The translations under genes were made by a program, and so were the position numbers. Positions 1 through 4,915 of a DNA stretch of 21,494 nt are shown here, piece by piece; within the stretch, counting starts at the first letter, position 1; every line of letters starts with the position of its first letter. Source of the stretch: a virus. Under the pieces are notes generated by a model. That model ran no database searches and was not told the DNA's origin. It saw nothing but the letters and a program-made list of their open reading frames with translations. The stretch is taken from the IMG/VR virus record IMGVR_UViG_3300020215_000050, positions 1 through 21,494 of that record. The stretch is one strand, 5' to 3'.

Positions 1-34
1 TCATCCACAACACCTTCACCCGCCTCGTCGTCAT
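1..34 (-). CDS. 5' end of a hypothetical protein running off the left edge (MTTRRVKVLWM...)
   Basis: GAGAGG RBS-like motif 8 nt upstream of the ATG at 34; frame is open to the window edge. Confidence 0.4.
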   Translation of the reverse strand, partial: MTTRRVKVLWM

Positions 35-52
35 CTTCACAACCTCTCAAAG

Positions 53-127
53 TGGAGCCGGATGCCTGAATCGAACAGGCGCCGCTGCCGTACGAAGGGA
101 GCAGTCTACCACTAATCCTAATCCGGC
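53..127 (-). tRNA. tRNA-Thr(CGT)
   Basis: Acceptor GCCGGAT/ATCCGGC-T-CCA; anticodon loop TT-CGT-AC (one C.C mismatch in the stem); T-arm GCCTG-TTCGATT-CAGGC; weak D-stem. Confidence 0.85.
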
Positions 128-128
128 C

Positions 129-203
129 TGGAGCCACCCGAAGGACTTGCGCCTTCCTCTCCGTCCTACCAAGACGGGGCCTCGCTTTCTAGGCGTGGGC
201 GGC
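129..203 (-). tRNA. atypical tRNA-Thr(GGT)
   Basis: Acceptor GCCGCCC/GGGTGGC-T-CCA; D-stem GCCT/AGGC; anticodon arm CCGTC-TTGGTAG-GACGG; T-stem GAAGG/CCTTC but loop CGCAAGT; A at position 8; no GG in the D-loop. Confidence 0.8.
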
Positions 204-220
204 TCATCAACCTCTCAACG

Positions 221-248
221 AAAAGGGCCCCCAATCTCTTGGGGGCCC
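221..248 (-). terminator. intrinsic terminator
   Basis: GGGCCCCCAA-gaga-TTGGGGGCCC followed by TTTT on the minus strand. Confidence 0.75.
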
Positions 249-249
249 C

Positions 250-415
250 GGCTCTTTGAAACCCTGCAGTGCAGCAGGTTACAGCACGGTACCCCCGTCC
301 CTTACGGTCGGGTCAATGGTCTTGTGACCACCGAACGTTCCTGTGCCAAACTTGCTCACTGCTCTCTAACTCCCTAGACCAAAGTTGGTGGAGCCAACCC
401 GGTCGCGTTCAACTG
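250..415 (-). ncRNA. candidate structured RNA (or mRNA for a 26-aa peptide at 279..359) between a late promoter and a terminator
   Basis: Several hairpins (GACCGGGTTGG/CCAACTTTGGTC; GGTGGTC-ACAA-GACCATT; CC-GTAA-GG; AACCTGC/GCAGGGTT); GTG-start ORF MSKFGTGTFGGHKTIDPTVRDGGTVL. Confidence 0.4.
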
Positions 416-420
416 TGGCT

Positions 421-428
421 TATTTATC
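421..428 (-). promoter_or_regulatory. T4-type late promoter (GATAAATA)
   Basis: Resembles the gp55-dependent TATAAATA box; AT-rich island immediately after the stop of the upstream CDS. Confidence 0.6.
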
Positions 429-842
429 TTAAGCCCGGGCGCCAGTCAACATTTTTTTGACCGACTCCACCAGCCCCGGCTTGTAGGCCGGGTCCCTGAC
501 GGGCTCGGGCCGCCCATAGACGGGGTCCCGTCCCTCGACCCAGGCCTGGATGACGTCGTAGGTGATTTTTCTATCACCAAACTTCTGGGCTATCTCCATG
601 GTCCTCTTGACGTGGGGCCGCTCGTGGGTCTTGGCCTCCATCGAGGCGTATGGCCTCCCCCTGAGGAACCCGTAGGCCAGGAGGGCCGCTCGGGCCTCGG
701 CCCTGAGCTCCATACGGTGGCGCCGAAGCCCCCAGAAGACCGCGTCGTCGGTCCTGGGCCGCCTTCTCTTCCGCTCCTCGCGCTTGATGGTCTTGATCTC
801 GTCGCCGAGGCTGATGACTTTGACTCTGAGGTATTCCCTCAT
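429..842 (-). CDS. hypothetical basic phage protein
   Basis: 137 aa, GGAGAG RBS, high-GC3 codon usage; motif HR..LR.EAR...LAYGFLRGR.Y resembles a recurring phage hypothetical family (from recall). Confidence 0.8.
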   Translation of the reverse strand: MREYLRVKVISLGDEIKTIKREERKRRRPRTDDAVFWGLRRHRMELRAEARAALLAYGFLRGRPYASMEAKTHERPHVKRTMEIAQKFGDRKITYDVIQAWVEGRDPVYGRPEPVRDPAYKPGLVESVKKMLTGARA

Positions 843-918
843 CTCTTCTCTCCGGTTTTTGTGTGATCGAAAAATGCATGAAGCTTCTCGATCGCGGAGA
901 GGAGGGGGCCTAGGCCAT

Positions 919-957
919 TCAGCCGAAGCCGGAGACGGGGATGATGGGCTTGGTCAT
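919..957 (-). CDS. possible 12-aa peptide MTKPIIPVSGFG
   Basis: ATGA overlap with the stop of the upstream gene; codons mostly end in G/C. Confidence 0.25.
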   Translation of the reverse strand: MTKPIIPVSGFG

Positions 958-1190
958 CGGATGTCCTTTATGGACTTGAACCTGGTCTTCTTGCCCGAAC
1001 CGAACTCGGTGTGGACGAAGTGGTCGGGTTTCTCGTCGTGGGGGCAGGTCGAGCCGTCGGCCTTACACCCGACCGCCATGCCGTAGGGCTTGCCGCCCCT
1101 CGATACGTCGTAGGTGTGCGTCATGTGGGCCGAGCCCCTGCGGGCCCTGGAGACCTTCACGTCCTCGTTGAACTCTCGGTAGGTCTTCAT
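954..1190 (-). CDS. putative internal (head-packaged) protein, N-terminus MKTYREFNE
   Basis: 78 aa; start reassigned to the ATG at 1190 overlapping the upstream stop; N-terminus matches the T4 IP capsid-targeting sequence. Confidence 0.75.
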   Translation of the reverse strand: MKTYREFNEDVKVSRARRGSAHMTHTYDVSRGGKPYGMAVGCKADGSTCPHDEKPDHFVHTEFGSGKKTRFKSIKDIR

Positions 1191-1447
1191 TTCACCCACT
1201 TCTTCTGCCGGGGCGGCCTGCCGTAGGCGGGCGTCAGGGTGTCCACCTTGACGGGCTTCTTCATCCGCTTGTGGTAGGCGGCCATCTCCTTGGCCTTCCG
1301 GGTGGCGTTGTACTCGTCCACATGGGTCGAGACGATCTCGCCGTCGTGGTGGACGAACCACCTACCCTGGTATTGACCCACCCGCACGCCCGTCTCCCGG
1401 TCGTGGTAGTGGTTCTCAGCCTCGTTGAACTCTCGGTAGCTCTTCAT
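1187..1447 (-). CDS. putative internal (head-packaged) protein, N-terminus MKSYREFNE
   Basis: 86 aa; start at 1447 after an AGGA RBS directly downstream of the tRNA CCA; the longer ORF would overlap the tRNA. Confidence 0.75.
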   Translation of the reverse strand: MKSYREFNEAENHYHDRETGVRVGQYQGRWFVHHDGEIVSTHVDEYNATRKAKEMAAYHKRMKKPVKVDTLTPAYGRPPRQKKWVK

Positions 1448-1458
1448 GGGTTGATTCC

Positions 1459-1533
1459 TGGAGGGACCGGCGGGAGTCGAACCCGCTTTGGTCGGATTGA
1501 AAGCCGATGCATTGCCACCACTGCCACGATCCC
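1459..1533 (-). tRNA. tRNA with 8-nt anticodon loop CTTTCAAT (Glu TTC, TCA or quadruplet; identity undetermined)
   Basis: Acceptor GGGATCG/CGGTCCC-T-CCA; D-arm GCA-GTGGTGGCAA-TGC; TCGG-CTTTCAAT-CCGA; canonical T-arm GCGGG-TTCGACT-CCCGC. Confidence 0.8.
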
Positions 1534-1535
1534 GA

Positions 1536-1611
1536 ACTAGTGCATCCCAACCGCGTAAACTAGCGTGAACAGAACAAAACAGATGAACGCTATTCCGTAG
1601 GGATTCACAGT
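1536..1611 (-). ncRNA. candidate small structured leader RNA (long hairpin with 20-nt U-rich loop)
   Basis: GTGAATCCC/GGGATGCAC outer stem, TAGCGT/ACGCTA inner stem; begins at the predicted transcription start and ends 2 nt before the tRNA. Confidence 0.45.
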
Positions 1612-1643
1612 TATTTATTACCACGAATCGTCTCAAAAGTCAA
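1612..1643 (-). promoter_or_regulatory. overlapping sigma70-type (TTGACT-N17-TAATAA) and late (ATAAATA) promoters
   Basis: -35 at 1638-1643, -10 at 1615-1620, late box at 1612-1618. Confidence 0.65.
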
Positions 1644-1809
1644 AGCCGACGGGCCGGCCCTACGACGTCAGCCAGAGGCAACACATCTACTTGACCGCCG
1701 TCCCACCACTGCCCGCCGACCCCCGGTCCCCGAAGGGACCGGGAAAGCCACTCGGAGGGACCCCTTGGAGTCGCGGGGAAGGGGGGAGTCGCCTCCGAAT
1801 CTCGGGTAC

Positions 1810-1845
1810 AAAAAAGGCCCGGCCAGGTTTGGGCCCGGCCGGGCC
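1810..1845 (-). terminator. intrinsic terminator after the OMP gene
   Basis: GGCCCGGCC...GGCCGGGCC stem plus TTTTTT. Confidence 0.8.
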
Positions 1846-1893
1846 CCTGCTAGCTCGCTCCGATGTAGCTGGGGAGCGTAATCTGAGGTAGAG

Positions 1894-2691
1894 CTAGAAG
1901 CCGAAAGTGAGAACCGCCTCGATCGACTTGAACAGACCCGGATCGAGCTCGTGATCGAACCCAGAGCTGTCCTCAACCTCGACGTCTCCGACGTGTAGGA
2001 CGCGACCCCGAACGCCGAGGGCGATGTTCTCGGTCAAGCCGACGTCGACGCCCGCCATCGCCTGGACGGCCAGGTTGGTGTCGCTGTCGTCAAGCCGCCA
2101 GCCGCTCACGCCGTCTATGGTGACGTCGTTGATGTTGACCCAGGCAGCGCCTACGCCCACGCCGACGTAGGGACGGATGACCCCGCCTACCGGAAAACCG
2201 AGGATGGCGTTGACCATGGCCGTCAGGATGGAGACGTCCCCGCCCAGGCCGAATGTCGGACAGTCCACACCCGGGATATCGCATAGATCGACCGAGATGT
2301 CGTCCGTCGGCGTATCGACGGAGAGCACGAGGCTCTCGAGGGTAGCCTCGTCAAAGTCCTGGCGCATCCAGCCGAGTTCGCCCTCGATCGCTAGCATGCC
2401 GTTCAGCTGATAGCCGATGGCGCCGCCGATCCTGGGTCCGCCGTCCGTGTCGACGGATGCCTCGGCATCGAGGCTGATGCAGACCTCTTTGGCCGTGCCC
2501 TCATCGAAGCATTCGCTGAAAATGCCGATGTCGTCGTCCCACTCCTCCCCGAACTTGTAGCCGCCGTGGATCGAGGCGTACCAACCCGAGCTCTCCTCCA
2601 CAACCGGCTCCTCAATTATGTCGGCAGCCATCGCTGGGGTCCCCAGCAGCAGCACCGCACTGACCAACGCGGTCGTCCCCAGTAGTTTCAT
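1894..2691 (-). CDS. outer-membrane beta-barrel protein (OmpA-TM/Omp25/RopB-like)
   Basis: GGAGG RBS before the ATG at 2691; signal peptide ending AMA-ADI; amphipathic beta-strands (GWYASIHGG, IGGAIGYQ, IRPYVGVGVGAA, QAMAGVDV); C-terminal Phe. Confidence 0.9.
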   Translation of the reverse strand: MKLLGTTALVSAVLLLGTPAMAADIIEEPVVEESSGWYASIHGGYKFGEEWDDDIGIFSECFDEGTAKEVCISLDAEASVDTDGGPRIGGAIGYQLNGMLAIEGELGWMRQDFDEATLESLVLSVDTPTDDISVDLCDIPGVDCPTFGLGGDVSILTAMVNAILGFPVGGVIRPYVGVGVGAAWVNINDVTIDGVSGWRLDDSDTNLAVQAMAGVDVGLTENIALGVRGRVLHVGDVEVEDSSGFDHELDPGLFKSIEAVLTFGF

Positions 2692-2719
2692 CGTGTCACC
2701 TCCATTAGTTGACCATGCC

Positions 2720-2748
2720 ACCGTAAGCCGGCGGGAGGCGCATGTAAA
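2720..2748 (-). promoter_or_regulatory. sigma70/early-type promoter TTTACA-N17-TACGGT for the OMP gene
   Basis: 17-nt spacer; same -35 as the promoters at 6458-6486 and 9538-9566. Confidence 0.5.
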
Positions 2749-2809
2749 TACACCCGCGGAAAGGTTCCACGGGTGTGATATTTTTGTTTTGATGTGATGG
2801 AAAAACGAC

Positions 2810-3112
2810 CTAGTCGTTGTAGCCCTTGACTTTGATGGGCTTGGCGCCGGCCTTCTTGAGCCTTCGGTCCTGGTCCTTCTGAAGCTTCATGGCGGCATCG
2901 ACCCGTCTCTGAAAGCCTTCCTTGTCCCTCGCCTCGGAGAGCTTGTCGGACTTGGCGTCCCGGTTGACTGTCTTCGACGGCTCCTTGGGGGAGTCCCAGC
3001 TCCTGTCGACCTTGGGGCCCTCCTCCTCGTCGGGCAGGGGCCCGTCCTGGAAGTTCCCGTCGGGCATCGCCTTCTTGGCCTTCTCGGCTATGAACTCCCG
3101 GTAGGACTTCAT
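2810..3112 (-). CDS. putative internal (head-packaged) protein, N-terminus MKSYREFIAE
   Basis: 100 aa, highly charged; near-identical to the T4 IP capsid-targeting sequence MKTYQEFIAE; ATGA-coupled to the upstream gene. Confidence 0.85.
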   Translation of the reverse strand: MKSYREFIAEKAKKAMPDGNFQDGPLPDEEEGPKVDRSWDSPKEPSKTVNRDAKSDKLSEARDKEGFQRRVDAAMKLQKDQDRRLKKAGAKPIKVKGYND

Positions 3113-3453
3113 CCCTTCACCTTCCGGTTCTTCTGGTAGCGCTTGTACTCGCGCTCGGCCCTGTCGTTCAGCTCGGCGCCCCTGCCCTTGAGGAAGTGGG
3201 CGGCGCTCGCGCCGGCGACCGTGTGGGCGACCTTGGATGCCTGCTTGTGTCGCTTTGCCTTGTGGAGCAGCCTGGCCTTCTCGCCGGCGTCCGAGGTCTG
3301 TGCGGCCTTCTTCTCGAGCTTGCCGCCGGCCCTGCCGTGGTCGCGGCCCCGTGCGATCAGGTCGCTGGCCTTGAAGTTCCGCTCGTGTTCACCCGAGTAG
3401 CCGCCCCTGTTGCGGATGTAGACCTCGCTGACGAACTGGCGGAGCGTCTTCAT
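3109..3453 (-). CDS. putative internal (head-packaged) protein, N-terminus MKTLRQFVSE
   Basis: 114 aa, basic; CTS-like N-terminus; GGGGA RBS. Confidence 0.8.
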   Translation of the reverse strand: MKTLRQFVSEVYIRNRGGYSGEHERNFKASDLIARGRDHGRAGGKLEKKAAQTSDAGEKARLLHKAKRHKQASKVAHTVAGASAAHFLKGRGAELNDRAEREYKRYQKNRKVKG

Positions 3454-3517
3454 TAGATCCCCCGGTCGTCCACGATACCGATGGCGTCGCCGCTGTCGAT
3501 GTAGTCGATCTCCCTCA

Positions 3518-3706
3518 TCAGCCCTCGAGCTCCTGGTTCATGACGGAGGACCCGCCCAGTCCCGTCGGACAGCCCGATCGGGTGCAGACGTATCCCATGA
3601 CGCCGGATATACTAAGCCCGCACTTCGGGCAAGTCAAAACGGTCCGCTCGGCCAGGAACTCCGGCTCGGAACGGTCGGTGTACTCGGAAAGAAACTCTTT
3701 GGACAT
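3518..3706 (-). CDS. small Cys4 (CPKC...CTRSGC) zinc-finger-like protein
   Basis: 62 aa; GAGGGG RBS right after the tRNA-Tyr CCA; contains EFLSE and EFLAE motifs. Confidence 0.7.
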   Translation of the reverse strand: MSKEFLSEYTDRSEPEFLAERTVLTCPKCGLSISGVMGYVCTRSGCPTGLGGSSVMNQELEG

Positions 3707-3724
3707 CAGCCCCTCTGGTGAGAT

Positions 3725-3815
3725 TGGTGGGCCCGCGAGGAATCGAACCTCCCGTCAGCCACCCCGCTTATTTCATAGACCGAGGTTTTACAGACCCCTG
3801 CGGGGAAACGGACCC
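3725..3815 (-). tRNA. D-armless tRNA-Tyr(GTA)-like RNA with long variable region
   Basis: Acceptor GGGTCCG/CGGGCCC-A-CCA; anticodon arm GGGGT-CTGTAAA-ACCTC; T-loop TTCGATT; only TTTCCCCGCA in place of the D-arm. Confidence 0.8.
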
Positions 3816-3838
3816 GCGCTATAGTAGTCGTCGGCCAT
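3788..3838 (-). CDS. 16-aa mini-ORF MADDYYSAGPFPRRGL reading into tRNA-Tyr
   Basis: AAGGAG RBS 8 nt before the ATG, directly after a late promoter box; stop TAA lies in the anticodon loop. Confidence 0.4.
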   Translation of the reverse strand: MADDYYSAGPFPRRGL

Positions 3839-3857
3839 GGAACAAGCTCCTTTGGGC

Positions 3858-3865
3858 TATTTAGG
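3858..3865 (-). promoter_or_regulatory. T4-type late promoter variant (CCTAAATA)
   Basis: TAAATA core upstream of the tRNA-Tyr and internal-protein genes. Confidence 0.55.
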
Positions 3866-3870
3866 CAGAA

Positions 3871-4154
3871 CGGGACCCCAAACCTTAGGAGAAAGGGGTC
3901 CCGCCTGGAGATGATCGCGTCGAAAAGGAGCAACCTGATGACGCTTTCATCAACTCCGCAGCTCCCGAGTAGTCTCGGGAGATGAATGATGTTCGCCCTC
4001 GCGGGCTGGACACCTCGCCACGCGGCCTCTACGGGGGCCGCGGCCCGGACCTTCGGTACATCAAGCCCATTGCTCGATCCTCCAGTCGGCGTCTTTCCCG
4101 GATGATGCCCCCTGGGACGGGAGTGCCGGGAAAGTCTCGTGGGCGTTGACGCCC
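3871..4154 (-). ncRNA. candidate ~285-nt multi-hairpin ncRNA
   Basis: No substantial ORF; at least seven stems, including GCCC-GCGA-GGGC, CTCCCGAG/CTCGGGAG, CTTTCCCGG/CCGGGAAAG and CGGGACCCC/GGGGTCCCG. Confidence 0.5.
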
Positions 4155-4158
4155 GAAT

Positions 4159-4237
4159 TGGAAGCGGGAGTGGGACTTGAACCCACGTAGACCTGGTTAT
4201 GAGCCAGGGCTGGGAACCTACTCCAGTCTATCCCGCC
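4159..4237 (-). tRNA. tRNA-Met(CAT) (Met versus lysidine-Ile not resolved)
   Basis: GGCGGGA/TCCCGCT-T-CCA; CCTGG-CTCATAA-CCAGG; GTGGG-TTCAAGT-CCCAC. Confidence 0.9.
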
Positions 4238-4251
4238 GGCTATGTATACGC

Positions 4252-4280
4252 ATGTTAACTTTTTCCATGCGGCAAGTCAA
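4252..4280 (-). promoter_or_regulatory. sigma70-type promoter TTGACT-N17-TAACAT
   Basis: -35 at 4275-4280, -10 at 4252-4257, 14 nt upstream of tRNA-Met. Confidence 0.7.
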
Positions 4281-4281
4281 T

Positions 4282-4309
4282 AAAAAAGGCCGGTTTTCAC
4301 CGGCCTTTT
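4282..4309 (-). terminator. intrinsic terminator (possibly bidirectional)
   Basis: AAAAGGCCGGT-GAAA-ACCGGCCTTTTTT. Confidence 0.85.
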
Positions 4310-4333
4310 GGAACTCTCTGCGGCTTGGTTGCC

Positions 4334-4534
4334 TTACTTCTTGGCGACCGGAGCCGGGGCAGCAACACCGACCGGGGTGTTCGTGACCTTGCGGAGCCAC
4401 ATGACGACGCCGCCGATGACGACCATCGCGAGGTCGGCATACTCAGCCGGAATGATCTGCGCGAGGTCTGCAGCCTGAATGCCTCCGAGGAACGCGATCA
4501 GCGCGCCGAAAGCAATCGTTCTCCAACCTTTCAT
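4334..4534 (-). CDS. small two-TM membrane protein, putative holin
   Basis: 66 aa, two hydrophobic helices, basic C-terminus; late promoter upstream and terminator downstream. Confidence 0.7.
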   Translation of the reverse strand: MKGWRTIAFGALIAFLGGIQAADLAQIIPAEYADLAMVVIGGVVMWLRKVTNTPVGVAAPAPVAKK

Positions 4535-4570
4535 ATTCGTAATCCCCCTGTTGAACCCTTGTGTTCCCGC

Positions 4571-4578
4571 TATTTATG
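4571..4578 (-). promoter_or_regulatory. T4-type late promoter (CATAAATA)
   Basis: ATAAATA 36 nt upstream of the holin-like ATG. Confidence 0.6.
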
Positions 4579-4691
4579 CGGGAGGGGCTCTTTCAGGGAA
4601 AGAGGGGCGGGGAGGGTAGTGCCTCCCCGCCTGCCCGGGACCACACTCACTACAGGTTTACCCGGGACTACCCGACTTATGAGGCCGGGGT

Positions 4692-4768
4692 TGGTGCGCC
4701 TGGGTGGACTCGAACCACCACGACTCTGGTTTCTGAGACCAGCGACTTTACCGTTTGCCCACAGGCGC
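4692..4768 (-). tRNA. tRNA-Leu(CAG), short variable loop
   Basis: GCGCCTG/CAGGCGC-A-CCA; CTGGT-CTCAGAA-ACCAG; GGTGG-TTCGAGT-CCACC. Confidence 0.92.
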
Positions 4769-4915
4769 GCTTGAGGGCGGGGATGCCGGGAGCTACCCGG
4801 CTTCACGTCGTGAACCCCTGTCACTAGCCCGTGGCGACCGGGCGTGGAGGGTGCTTGTCAAATCGGCAGCGTCTCAGCTGCCGAACAGAGGGCCGATGCC
4901 CTCGCATCCTCCAAT

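Noticed and set aside
1459-1533. tRNA-Sec or genome-wide UGA recoding
   Set aside because: No extended acceptor stem or long variable arm; many genes end in TGA with ATGA/TGATG coupling, and core genes are uninterrupted
3390-3518. ORF MREIDYIDSGDAIGIVDDRGS... coupled to the zinc-finger gene
   Set aside because: Only ~20 codons look coding before it runs out of frame into the next gene; possibly a remnant, too weak to call
3917-3945. Hammerhead-like words GAAA and CTGATGA on the plus strand
   Set aside because: Stem II cannot close correctly and only 9 nt separate the words, leaving no room for stems I and III
4005-4086. Glycine-riboswitch-like CTGGAG...ACCGAAGG...AGGT on the minus strand
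   Set aside because: The CTCTCAGG ligand pocket is absent and no regulated CDS follows; kept only as part of an unknown ncRNA
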